Source: Anolis carolinensis
Lineage: Eukaryota
NCBI RefSeq assembly: GCF_035594765.1
Contig: NC_085843.1
Span: forward strand, 264,159,971 to 264,223,970
Direction of reading: 5' to 3'
Length of the DNA: 64,000 bases
The notes under the pieces were generated by a model. That model was not told where the DNA came from and made no database searches. It saw only the letters and a program-made list of their open reading frames with translations. The position numbers and the translations under genes were made by a program. This document shows, piece after piece, positions 49,860 to 62,190 of the stretch; the stretch's first letter is position 1, and every line of letters starts with the position of its first letter.

Positions 49860-50599
49860 CTTTAATCAGTTTCAGCATGCAATGTGGCTTATACTGGAGA
49901 GCACTGCTGCGCATTAAAGGCTCTATTTCAGAGTTTCTCCCAACTTTGCTTATGCTGGTTTAATGTATGTTGCTAAGCTTGTTTGTGACATGCATCACAA
50001 ACATGCTTTCAAGCTGCCTTCAGTGTAGATGTTCCACAGTATTAAGAGTAAGATTGTGCTAGAATTATTGGAGCAAAAAACATGAAACTAAATATATTCT
50101 ACTGACAAATGGTTTTAATTAGAAGCAGACAACAAACACTTGAGAAAAGGAGGGAGATAATTCCAAGTTGCTTCTGTTCTTTAGTGCTCCTGGAAGGAAA
50201 ATTGTATTTATTCACAAGGCAAGAATGAAAGAACTAATTGGTTCTAGCTTTAATTTAGTGATGATACAATTTAGTTATAATTAAATTGAAATGGTGAACT
50301 TAAAAAAATCTAGATAAGAACATTTAGCCTCAGTGCAGTTTTTTTGCTCAGTATTTCTTTGTAATTAATTTATTGAAGTTTCACTCTCATTCTAAATGGT
50401 GAAATAAGCAGAATCCATATGCTGAATCCAACAGTTTACAACTAATCTAGTTGAGTTAAATGAAGATGGGAGATAAGCTGCATCAAGCATCATAGCCAAA
50501 AGAACTGTGCAGGCACAGTTTAAAAGTTTTGCATCTATATTTTGAATCCACATTTTTCTAGTCTCCTGATATTATGTATAAGAAAAGTAATTGTGAATA

Positions 50600-50962
50600 C
50601 AGTGTTCCCTCACTTATCGTGGGGGTTACGTTCCAGGACCACCCACGAAAAGTGAAAATTCACGACGTATGGACGCTATATTTGTGTTGTTTACAATCTC
50701 ACTGGCAAGTAGCATCTCTGTCCCCTCCTCACCTTTCAAGCACACACATGCCTAGTGAGGCAAAAACAAAGCGGCTTCAGCCTCCTTTTCTGTCCCTTTG
50801 GCTTCTCCTTCCTTCCTTCCCTTAGGCTTCTCCTTAGGAAGGAAATAGAAAGAGGAATTTATAATATTATTTTATGATTTATACTATTATTTTAGTGTTT
50901 ATTAAAAAACCGAAAACAGTGAGGGTGCAAAAAGCGAACTGCAAAGTAGTGAGGGAACACTG
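50600..50962. mobile_element. Tigger-like MITE
   Basis: TA|CAGTGTTCCCTCACT...AGTGAGGGAACACTG|TA, perfect 15-bp TIR. Confidence 0.95.
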
Positions 50963-52189
50963 TAATTCCTTATTTGTAACTAGTTTCTTCCAACCTTTGC
51001 AATAGCAATATTTGTAAAAATGGAGGTAGCAAGGGGGAAGCAAAGCGGGCACTAAAGATTGGATGTCATCCCTGAAAGGACCTTATTGCATATACAAAGT
51101 TACAATTATTATCTCTAACTTTTGTGGATTCCTGAAAGATATGTGCCCAACATCCATGAACTGTCCAGGGACCAAGGTAAACAACTTCCCTATGCAGTTT
51201 ATTTTCAGGCTGAGATCTTGTAAGCCTCAAGCCAGAGCGTGGCCTGAAACAGATGATCACATACTTTCACAAAATAAATAGAGCGCAGTGATTCTTGAGA
51301 AAATTCTGCTCTGAGCTAGGATGTTAGTGTACAAGGTAGATCTCTATTGTCATGCCTCTGAAGCCACCTGATGGAGCCTTAGGGAAGAGAAAGTCCCTTG
51401 TGACTCCATTTGCAACTTAAATTATGCAGCTGTTACAGCATTTTGACTAAATAAGAAGTAGCTCTTGTCTTGTTCTTCCCTAGGGTATATTTTATTTCCA
51501 TCTGTTAGGTTTCCATTTTGGGTTGTAGAGACTCCTTGTTTGACTTTTCACTTGAATTTGTCTTTTTCAATAATGTTTTCTTTACCCATTCTTCACTCTT
51601 TTGTAGTTCAGCAACTCTGGCACCAAACTGGAATGGAAGGGAAGCACTTTTTAAAACAAACAAACAAACCCTATTTTACAGGTGGCTTTGCAAAACACAA
51701 AGCCATTGCTCCCTAACACAACAATGACATCTGCATAGCGTAGTCCAGCAAAACTGTCTTGAGTAATCAGGGGCATTTTATATTCTGCCCATAAGAGCAG
51801 CAGATAGATTACATAGAAGCCTGCTGTGAGGAATTTGCACACTTTGAAGATAAAATAGCTCAGAGCCATTCTGACTGGGATGCTGTGGTTAATATAGGTC
51901 CAGTGGATGTAATCTTGGTTTCTACTTACCCTGTGTTATTGGATACATTTCAGTTTGTGCAGCTTGAGGCTGTGGACAGTATTCCTGGAGCAGTGAGAAT
52001 CACCACATGTGCACTAGACCAGTGCCCTTCCTGGCTTATAAAAGCAGCCTGAGGGCACTGGCTGAATGTGTAAAGATAGTGCTGAATGCCTCATCGCAGC
52101 AAGACACAGCTCCATCTTGACTGAAAGAGGCTGTACTCAGACTTTTACTGGGGGAAAAACTAATTTCTAAACTAAGCTGCACTAGATAA

Positions 52190-52445
52190 TTAGACATTCC
52201 CTTTTTGGGAAAGAGTCTGAAGTGTGTGGTGATCTCTCAGATCTTGGGTTCCTAGATGAAACAGATTATCTAGATCCATTTCAATCTGTCTTTGAGCCTG
52301 GCTAAGGGACTGAGACAAATTTGAATGCCTTGATAGATAAACTATGCAGGGAGCTGGGCAGGGGAATGTGTCACTGTTGGCTCTGGTGGATCTGTCCATG
52401 GTTTTTGATACCATCAAGCATGATATTCTTCTGGAATGGCTGCCT
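52190..52445 (+). mobile_element. Decayed L2 reverse-transcriptase fragment
   Basis: Translates to IPFLGK..FLDETDYLDPFQS..GTET..SLLALVDLSMVFDTIKHDILL (compare LDLSAAFDTIDH). Confidence 0.85.
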
Positions 52446-53844
52446 GGCTGTATCCAGCTAGGCTGCAATTAATAAATGATGCCATTCAACTGAGGATATC
52501 AAGTTGGTTGGCTGAGAGGAGGGCCAATGGGTGGGATCACTTGGGAAAGTGGCATAAGTAACTGGAGGCTGGCTCAGTTGAGTGCTGGTGGCTTACCATA
52601 ACTTTGGTGTGTGGAATATGTTTTAGCTTGCAACTTGGTGTTGGTGAGATTACTTGGCTTTGAACATTTTGAAAAGGACTTTGGACTACTCTTGTGTCTC
52701 AACTTTATTTTGGCTGACTGCTATGGATGACTTGAGACCACTTTGGACTATGATACAGTTTGTGGCTGTTTAACAGTAATTTTGTAGGCAGGATTCTGAC
52801 ATGTAGCAAGTTTTCAGGCTGAACTGAATATTTTGCATGTACTGGAAATGTGAAAACTTTTGAATGAGTCATTTTCACTGGTGATTTTAACTTTTCCATT
52901 CTTGTGGAGACACTTTTAGCTGACATGATCTATGCAGAACAATGGCCCTCAGATGTCATTTGAATGCTTTAATATGTTGAACTGGATTGGTAAAGATGGA
53001 TATTTATCTCTTAAAAATATTTCAGAAACATTTGGATACAAAGAAGCCCCAAATGTCTCAAAGTATGGAAAAGGAAAACACTGTTCCACATCTCTGGAAA
53101 ATACATTGGAATGGGCTATTCCTTGTATTTATTTTCATAGGTTTTTAAAAACCACTTTTCTCAGATCAAAGCAGTTTATAATAAATAATGCACCATAATA
53201 TAATGAAAAGAAAATGTTTCTCCTGTCAGTGAATGCAGGAAGCCCATTTCAGTGTTCTACTGATGAACAAAATGTTTCCAAATGTATCTGTTTTTATGAG
53301 TTTGCTGTCAGTTTTCATTTCTTGCAGTTTTGACTGATAATTCATTCCAAAAAAAGTCTAGAAAAAATTACTGTTTTGCTAGGTGGCTTCATTATTATTA
53401 ATTCAAGGAGCCATAGTCCAAAAAAAGTTACAATTCCAATCTTTGCCAAAAATACACAGACCGCTGACTTGCACTAAAACAAAGGCAGGCATGAGACTTC
53501 CATAACTTTGTGTTGTTTTACTAGAATTTAAAGATCAGTCAATCAGAATGAAATATAAAAGATATATATAGCAATTTATTTTTGCTTCGAAATGAAGCAA
53601 AGGGACCTAAATTGTTTTAAGACTTCAGTCTGGATGAGGGCAGCAATTCTTTACTAATGTTTCTTCTTAAAGGAAGCAAAAATTCATTTAACAATTTTCT
53701 TCCAACTATGAAAATACTCCACAACAATTGCATTTTATTCACAGTTCAAGAATTAATCTGTGAAAAATTCACATTTGTGGTATTTTTGCACAGAAACTAG
53801 GTTTTTTGTTGTTGCACAATTAACAGTATTTCCTGTCCGCTCAC

Positions 53845-54522
53845 CTCCTATTAGTTTTTTTTAGCGACCACATCATACAGTTGACTCATGTTAAGCTTGT
53901 TGCCTATTAAGACTCCCAGATCCTTTTCACATGTAGTTTTCAAGCCAGGTGTCACCTATTTTTTCTTTTCTTTTTTCCTTAGTGGAGTATCTTTCATTTC
54001 TCCCTCTTAAAATTCATTTTGATAATTGGCCCAATTCTCTGATCTGTTTGGGTCATTTTGGATCCTGATTCTGAACTCTGGGACACTAGCTTTCCTTCCT
54101 AATTTGTTGTCATCTGAAAATTTGATAACATGCCCCCCTGATCCACTATTCAAATCATTGATACAAATGCTTAATAGCACTGGCTTAGGACAGAACCCTG
54201 TGGCACTCCATAGTCATCTGTCTCCAAGATGAAAAACACTGCTTGGATTCAGTTGGTCAACCAATTATAAATCCACTTAATAATAGCATTGTCCAGTCTG
54301 CATCTTACCAGCTTCTTTTTGAGACAATCATGGGGAACCTTGTGGAAGGCTATATCCATAGCATTCTTCTGTAGCTTTATAAACAGTGATAAGATTAGTA
54401 TGTCATGACTTGTTTTTGAGAAACCCATGTTAACTTTTAGTGATCACTTAGTGAGCATTCCTTTCTAAGTACAGTACTTATATACTGTTTATTGATTTGT
54501 TCCAGAGTCTTTCCTGGTACTG
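53845..54522 (-). mobile_element. Old CR1 ORF2 (RT region) fragment
   Basis: TTGACTCATGTTAAGCTTG..ACTCCCAGATCCTTTTCAC..GGACAGAACCCTGTGGCACTCC (reverse strand GVPQGSVL)..CATGACTTGTTTTTG. Confidence 0.85.
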
Positions 54523-54666
54523 TCAGTTCAAACTGGAATCTAAAATATATGTGTCAAAATACTATATGACCTAAAGTGTTACATAACTCTATGTATGCCT
54601 AGCTATGTAGGACAGGTATTTAGAACACCCTTTGCTGAATAGCAAGGATGCTGTGGTTTCACACTT

Positions 54667-54838
54667 AGACTTTCTGTATATATTTCAGATTTCAATATTA
54701 ATGTCAAAAATACGTAGTATGATTTTACATAGGATTTGTGCTACATTAGAACAGTAAAGACAAATATCACTTAAGTAAAATAAACATTAAATATTAAATA
54801 ACCAAAATAATAATAAAATAAAATAAGATGTAAACACA
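54667..54838 (+). repeat. Dispersed duplicate, copy 2 of 5344-5507
   Basis: Direct sequence match; CACACT at both junctions. Confidence 0.95.
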
Positions 54839-57031
54839 CTGATGTGGCACTAGGGGTTGTGCAATAGTGATTAGAATATGGAAGGATTGGTGCTTTGTTT
54901 TGTAATGTGTACATATATAACATGATTGGGGATGGCATTAATTTCATCATATGATGTACAATGATAATGAAGTTATTCTATTAATGGGACAAGAGTGCCC
55001 AATGCACATCAGAACCATTGCATGCACATTGGGATTTATGCACATATGTCCTGCTGTGCTTGGTTCTCATTGTGCAGAAGTTACCAATGATCATCAGAAA
55101 TTTCTGATTTCTGCATATGTGAGTCCACTGATGAAGATGCAAGTTCTCAACAGGATTCTGGCCACTGTTAATATTGAAAAACCTTTGGCTCTGTCAACCA
55201 GTGCAATCTAACAATGATAACTTTTTGGAATTAAGTTTTACTACTGAATTGAAAAAGGGTCCCTACATATGTTTGGGTCCTAGAAGCATGGCAGTGAAAC
55301 TGGATATTCCAGGGGATAGCAGTGGGCAGAGGCAAGGGTGCCATTGGCAAATGATCCTCTCCATTCCTCCATCCCCCAGGTTCAGGCACACATAATGGTG
55401 CCAAATTGCACCGAGGCAACTGAGGATTATGGTCTACTGATATTTCATCTAGAAATATTTATTCATACATAGCCTCTTGAAATTTTTTATCCTATTTCTA
55501 GATAGAGAAAGGATAGGTAGAAGAGAATTTTAACTTCTTGAGGTGGGAAAACACCCCAGCAGCTTCTAATGATGGGCCTAGTCCTTAGCACTGTTAGTAC
55601 CATAGCTTTTCCACACTCCTTTTTGTGTTGCTGTAATTGATGCCTGTTTAGCATTTTAAATAGTTCACAGTGACTGCTCTTCTGAAGCATTATAGGGTAA
55701 AAATATTAGCAGCCCCCCCTCTCTCTCACACACAAAAGTTAATATTTAGAGAGAAGTCTAGAAAATGGCTTTTTTTAAAAAAAAAGTGTGTTTCTGTTTG
55801 ACGCTTCAGAAGATTTCCGAGAAGTTTCACCTCAGCTCTAATTTTAGCATGTAAAACCTTGAAATCCTTTATTTAGAGAAGCTGGGCTTTGGCTTTAAAA
55901 GCTACTCTGCACACCAAAGCAGCTGAACATAAAGTATTTGTCAGCTTCTATTGGGGACACCTAATTAGGCAGGCAAATGACACCAATGATTTCACTAATT
56001 TATATTCTTTGTGACTTTTGTGATGAAACATTAGGCATATGCAGATGCCCTTTGAATTTTGAAGAGTTTACTGTTTGCAGCTGTAAAAGATGCAAGAGGG
56101 AATGCCTTAACATATGCCAAAACTCAATGGAATGACTCATAGTGACATACAATGAACAGGAGATAAAATAGATATTTTCTCCCCCAATGTGTTTGTTTAA
56201 GAGAGAAAAAGAGATTCTTTGGATGACAATATTCTAAAAGTTATTAATACATCATCCTCACAGCAGGTTTCTTTTTTCCTTTAGAAGAAATAGGCAAAAT
56301 ATGCATTTTTTGAATTATTAAAAGACTGTTCTGTTGTCTTGAATGATCAAGGTGAAGTTAGATATTAATATATAGTTCTGAGTGATTATTTTTGAGACCT
56401 TTTTGTTTTGTTTAATACATTTGCTTGGGCAAGAATTGGAAATGGCTATCTGGAGAACTGTGTTTTCTAATATGAGTCTGCCGAAATGGTAAGTTCTTCA
56501 GGAAAGGTGTTTTTTCTCAGTCCCTTTACTTTCCAAGGCACATTTAGTGGGAGTGTAAGAAAGGACTTTCTTTGTGTTTGCTCTCATACTTTGGAAATCC
56601 CTTTATAGGACAGCTAGGTTGGTTCCCATGAAATGAAACTTTATTTATAGCCCACCCTATCTCTCCGAAGGGCGGCTTACAACAGATTACACAATGGCAA
56701 ACATTCAGTACCAACAATCTATATATATAAAAGACAAATGGTGTCCTCCCCTGCCACTAAACAACAAAAGTACATGCCCCAGAACCTAGAAATTTGGCAG
56801 CACAATCCACCATCCTTGCCCCTACGTTCCGACAACAAAAAGAAAAGAAAAATAAAGTCCTAATTAGAGGGAGAGGAATAATTGTCTTTAGCCAATTGCT
56901 GCCAGTTAGAAGACTAAGCTCCGCCCACTTGGTCTCCTAGCAACCTACTCAGGCCTCACTCTCTCTTCCACACTGCCTATAAAATACAGATTATCTAATT
57001 TGCACTGGATTATATGGCACTGTAGACTCAA

Positions 57032-57160
57032 GGCCCTTCCACACAGCTATATAACCCATTTATAATCTTATATTATCTGCTTTGAACTGGATTATCTTGA
57101 GTCCACACTGCCATATAATCCACTTCAGTGTGTATTTTATTCAGCTCTGCAGAAGGAGCC
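57032..57160. mobile_element. Harbinger-like MITE inside the Helitron
   Basis: GGCCCTTCCACACAGC...GCTCTGCAGAAGGAGCC inverted ends. Confidence 0.7.
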
Positions 57161-57198
57161 TCATATAATCCAGTTCTAAGCATATAATATAAGATATA

Positions 57199-57300
57199 CA
57201 GTAGAGTCTCACTTATCCAACATAAACACCCTGGCAGAACACTGGATAACTGAATATGTTGGATAATAAGAAGGGATTCAGGAAAAGCCGATTAAACATC
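57199..57300. mobile_element. One end of the 49442-type Tc1/mariner MITE inside the Helitron
   Basis: TA|CAGTAGAGTCTCACTTATCCAAC..GTTGGATAATAAG, colinear with the reversed right end of 49442-49764. Confidence 0.85.
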
Positions 57301-57334
57301 CCATTCCCTCACGACCCTATCTGCTGCCGAACGG

Positions 57335-57934
57335 CCATCCATGTCTATGCCAGGCATCCTCAGAGATTATGAGATCTGTTTGAAAACAGACAAGTGGGAT
57401 GTTTATTTTTATCTCACCAATGATATCCAGGATGGGACAACTCTTACCTGTCTGAGGCGACTGTGAATGTTCCACTTCCCCACCTTGATTGCCATTGAAT
57501 GCCCTTGCACCTTCAAGGCCTGGCTGCTTCCTGCTCCAGAGAGGAATCCTTTGTTGGGAGATGTTAGGTGGCCCTCAGTACATCCTGTCTGGAATTCCCT
57601 GATTGCTCAGTGCTGTTCTTTAGTTAACTGTCCTGATTTCACAGATTTTTTAAAATACTGGGAGCCACATTTTGTTCATTCCAGGCAGGCAGGAACCATC
57701 CAGGCTTTGAAGCTACAAGGCTAGTCAGTGTCAATTCCAACATTCACACTTGCCTAAAGCAGACAACAGTTCTTTCTTCCACCCTGGACATTCCACAGAT
57801 ATATAAACCCCACTTCCTTTCGTTACAACACATTTCACAACCTCTGAGGATGCCTGCCATACATGCAGGCGAAACATCAGGAGAGAATACATTTGGAACA
57901 TGACCACGCAGACCACAGAACTCAGAGCAACTCA
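57335..57934. mobile_element. Inverted Penelope pieces (minus ~57335-57680, plus ~57681-57934) inside the Helitron
   Basis: GGCATCCTCAGAG on the minus piece and CTCTGAGGATGCCTGCC..GAAACATCAGGAGAG on the plus piece. Confidence 0.85.
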
Positions 57935-58899
57935 TTACAAAGAGAAACAAAACTACTAAAATAAATACAAAAAACAAATTAAAAAATAATACAATTAAAA
58001 AACATAAATAAAATAATATAATCAAATAATAAAATATAATACATACAAATAATAAAATAAAATAAAACACAAATAATAATAAAAGAATAAAAAATAAAAT
58101 AAATACAAATAATACAATGAAAATAATTAAAAACACTAAAAATAATTAAAAACACTAAAAATTAATACAATAAAATACTATAATAACAGAAAATAACTAA
58201 AAATAATACCAGAAAATAATAAAATATAATAAATTAAAAAAGATAAGTTACAATAAAATTAATTAAAAAATACAAATAATGTCAAATAAAAATTCCACAA
58301 CAATTTTTAACCAATACCACCACCACTTTGCCACAGCAACGCGTGACTGGGCACAGCTAGTAAATTATAAAACAACTTAAATAAAACAAGACATAACATA
58401 ACCCACATGATTACAAATATATTAAATCCTTAAAAATCTCATTAAAAGTATCTAAAATTAGGCTGAAATTGTTGGAGGGGAGATGGTAAACAACAGGTTA
58501 ACAAAGTAGATGTTAGCAGCTAGGTGAGGGTGCATTTCAATGTTCTTAGTCCTCCTCTCCATAAGCTAAATTGCGTAGGTGTGTTTTAAATAGCTTTTTA
58601 AAAGAGAGGAGAGAGGAGTCAATTTTTAATTCTTTTGGGAGGGAGTTCCACAGGTAGGGAGTGATCACAGAGAAGGCCCTCTTTCTCGTTCCCACCAGCC
58701 ACACTTGAGACGGGAGTGGGACTGAGAGGAGGGCCTCCTCAGCCGACTGCAGCGCTCGTGTTGGTTTGTATACGGAGATGTGGTCTTTTAAACGGTCCCA
58801 AACCATTTATCTTTGCACCATTGAGCAGACACTTTTCTATTTCAGTAGGTATTCAGGAGCTCCTTGTTTCATATAACAGTCTTTACATGTTAGTGTTGC

Positions 58900-59071
58900 A
58901 CTGTTTTAATCTAGGCTTTTAATATTGCATATGGTTTTCATTCTGTAAATGGTTTAATACTATCTTAATAACATTTTAACATTTTTAGCTATCAGTGATT
59001 TTACTTGTATTTCTTTTCAAGCTGTAGGCACCCTGAATCCCACTTTTTGGGAAAGGGCAAAATATAAATAA
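58900..59071 (+). mobile_element. Old L2-type 3' UTR and tail
   Basis: T-rich tract, then GTAGGCACCCTGAATCCC..GGGAAAGGG..ATATAAATAAA. Confidence 0.55.
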
Positions 59072-59369
59072 AGGGATGGATGGGTTTCTTAAACACTTCA
59101 ATCTTTCTTCTCTTCCCACAAACTAATTTTACCCCCTATTAGAATAAAGATATGTATGCCTGTCTTTGTGTGTCTATGTTTGTGTATTTTCCATTAAAAT
59201 GAATGGCTTCCATGCCTATTGGGTATGTACTGAGTTTCAGTATAAACTTGAAAGGAGCAATCAGAGGCATTGAGTGTTCTTCCAAACTTTAAAAATCAAT
59301 TAAATAAGCAATGGCACAAATGTATATCATGATGTCCATTATGAAATTCATATATACTTAATTATATAG

Positions 59370-60009
59370 CCAGGCTAATAATCGGAGTGGCGTACAGGGA
59401 GCACACCACTCCTCTGCTATGTCTTCTCCACTGGCTGCCAATATGCTACCGAGCCCAATTCAAAGTGCTGGTTTTGGCCTACAAAGCCCCAAATGGTTCC
59501 GGTCCAACTTACCTATCCGAACGTATCTCCTCCGATGAGCCTACGAGAACTTTAAGATCATCTGGGGAGGCCCTGCTCTCGGTCCCACCGGCCTCACAAG
59601 TGCGGCTGGTAGGAATGAGAGATAGGGCCTTCTCAGTGGTGGCTCCTCGGCTGTGGAACTTTCTCCCCAGTGATATCCGGCAGGCCCCATCCCTTCTGAG
59701 TTTTAAGAAAAAGGTGAAGACCTGGCTTTGTGAGCAAGCGTTTAATGAGTGAATTGTGTTGGCTATGACCTGGTCCGGATTAAGGTTCACGTGCAAGGTT
59801 TTACGGATGATGGTATAAGTATTTTATATTGTATTGTTTTAAATGTATTTATTGTATTATACTAAACTGTTTAATTGTTTTAATTGCTCATGTTTTATCT
59901 TTTGTATTGTATATTGGCATTGAATCTTGCCAGACTGTGAGCCGCCCTGAGTCCCTTCGGGTGAGAAGGGCGGCATAGAAATGATGGAAATAAATACAAT
60001 AAATACATA
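59370..60009 (+). mobile_element. L2 LINE 3' end
   Basis: ORF 59387-59752 HTTPLL..LHWLPI..RAFSVVAPRLWNFLP..FKKKVKTWL; GAGCCGCCCTGAGTCCCTTCGGG stem-loop and A-rich tail. Confidence 0.95.
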
Positions 60010-60239
60010 GCATGAGTACATAGAAACCACATTAGAAAATTTCAATTGTATGATGGGAAAGTGTCCAAACTGTCCTGGTGTACCCCCACACTCCCTAACT
60101 AGTGTCATGATAAATGGGACAGATGCAGTATGGAACCAATGAATTGCAGTCCTGTTATGCATGGGTACTGTTGTGCATTGGCCTCATCCTACATTGACTG
60201 TAATGCCCAATGATAACTGTCCTGGCTCGTCTAATAGTA

Positions 60240-60465
60240 ACATAATAGTAGCCATGTACTGGATATGGGACGAGATCACATTAGTATTATAGAATTCTGG
60301 GAAATGTAGTTTAGGTAATTCTCGGCTAGAGAGACCCTTGGCTTCCTTAAACAACATTTCCCAGAATTCTGCAGGAAAAACCGGGTGATAGGGAGACGAA
60401 AGCCTCCCTTCTATAATGTTAATATGATCTCGTCCCAAATCCATTAAATGGCTACTGTTATACGA
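60240..60465. mobile_element. Fold-back MITE with ~50-bp inverted arms
   Basis: AGTAGCCAT..TGGGACGAGATCACATTAGTATTATAGAA / TTCTATAATGTTAATATGATCTCGTCCCA..ATGGCTACT; true ends unclear. Confidence 0.75.
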
Positions 60466-62148
60466 TCTTGTCCGCGGTCGTTACAGATTGGCCTAATTCT
60501 ACTTTTTAGAGATTTTAAATTCATTTAAGAAGATGTAAATCCCTAATAGGATTTTTTACACAGTGAAAAGGCAGTACAAATATAATAATGATGGTGATAA
60601 AAATGCAGGCCCAATTATAGGACCTTTTGCAAAGACCACTTAAGAGACAAAGGCATGGGTAAATAAGAAGCTCTTTGCCTACTGGCAGAAAGAGAGCAGA
60701 GATAGAGATATCTTCTTTCAGATAGGCTGGACCTAATCAGCATTGCACTTTCTAGCTGATAGTAACCATATTGAACTGTGTATGTAAATGAACCAACTGC
60801 CACTGCAGCTGTTTCAAGAGGGCCTTCTATGCTTCCTATAAACCAGCCCAAACAGCATTGTAGCGGCAGCATTTAAGACCTGCTATTCCTGAACAGTTTC
60901 AAAGTGTGTCACAGCATGTGCTACTGTGGTCAAATTGCACATCTCTAGGAATAGGCACAGCACTCTGGATCACACTTTCAAAGTTCAGATGAAAATGTGG
61001 ACCACACTGATATGAAAACCACCCATTGCAATTGACAATAAACAGGCAAATGAGAAAAAATAAGTAAAAGATCAAAGATGCCAACAGCTGTAAAAATGAG
61101 AACTATCTCTTTGGCCAGGACTAGCAATTTCTTGACATGAAACAGCAGGAAACCCAGACTATTACTTTACCAGAAAAAAAACAAATAAAGGGGATTTAAA
61201 ATATTCTCAATCCTGGTCTCAAGCTGGAGGCTTAATGCATGTGGATAATTAGACAAGCATGAACTTCTCTTGATAAGAAGAGCTGTGTACAGACCAGAGT
61301 TAGCAGCAGCCCTACGATAAGCAAGCAGAATGAGAGCAAATACAATAACAGGAAGAGGGCATAACAATGCAAGCTAACCTTACAGATGACAGATTCTTCT
61401 CAAATATCAGTACATTGCAATCACAACCAAGTTCTCTATGATGATATGAGAACGGATCCCCTTCCCATTCCTCAGATGTTTACTTCAGGAAACCTTCTGA
61501 GCTTGAAATGTAGCTCTGCCTTGCTTATCAAATTGCTAGGTATGGTGCATCCATTTGAATTTCACTAGAGGACAAAAATGATGATTTTTGACTTTGAAGC
61601 TGCAGGGGGAAAATACATAAAAACATTTCCCCCTCCCTGGTACCTGTAGTCAAGAGCTTCTTTAACTATGGGCTCACCCCTCATTCTAATCTGCAATTCA
61701 TCACCTCCCCCTCCCATTTAGGTCATGTATAAGCAGTTTCCTTCTATTCAAGACACTACCGTGGTATTATCAGCCATCCCTCCCCCCAAAAGAAACATTG
61801 AAGTCAGCTTAAAGAATCTCTTGAGTTAAGCAGAAATGAGGGCAAGGTATTAATGTAGCAACAGGACATCCACCATTTAATACTTTAAACATGTGCTGCC
61901 AAATTACAGGGGATAAAAGGCTGTTTATTGGGAGCAATTGTAGCTTTATGAAGGAATAATAGAAATCAGCAAGAGATTCAGGCCCTCTTCCATAAATGCT
62001 ATCTAAGTTTCTAAGTCTAGGATGATGGGTGCTTTCGTTTATAGTGGATTTGGTGATGCTTAGTGGATTGGGTTTTCTCATACTGAGTACAATAGATGTT
62101 ATAAATGACATTTTTCTTGACATAATCCTCCTGCCCCCTGTAAACTCT

Positions 62149-62190
62149 TATTCCTGCCAATGGAAGCAGTATTCCTGCCAATGGAAGCAG
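62149..62190. repeat. Perfect 21-bp tandem duplication
   Basis: (TATTCCTGCCAATGGAAGCAG)x2. Confidence 0.95.

Larger units (their letters stand above)
56718..58360 (+). mobile_element. Composite non-autonomous Helitron
   Basis: A|TCTATATATATAAAAG 5' end; subterminal hairpin GCCACAGCAACGCGTGAC; CTAG|T 3' end; inserted in AT with no TSD. Confidence 0.92.
56640..58806 (-). mobile_element. L2 LINE 3' end interrupted in its 3' UTR by a Helitron
   Basis: ORF 58546-58806 EALLSVP..RAFSVITPYLWNSLP..FKKLFKTHL; L2 stem-loop tail at 56640-56710. Confidence 0.85.

Noticed and set aside
52470-52801. LTR-like remnant ending ATTCTGACA
   Set aside because: No 5' terminus, TSD or clear poly-A signal found.
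57744-58136. 130-aa hydrophobic 'membrane protein' ORF
   Set aside because: It is the translation of the A-rich low-complexity part of the Helitron plus antisense Penelope.
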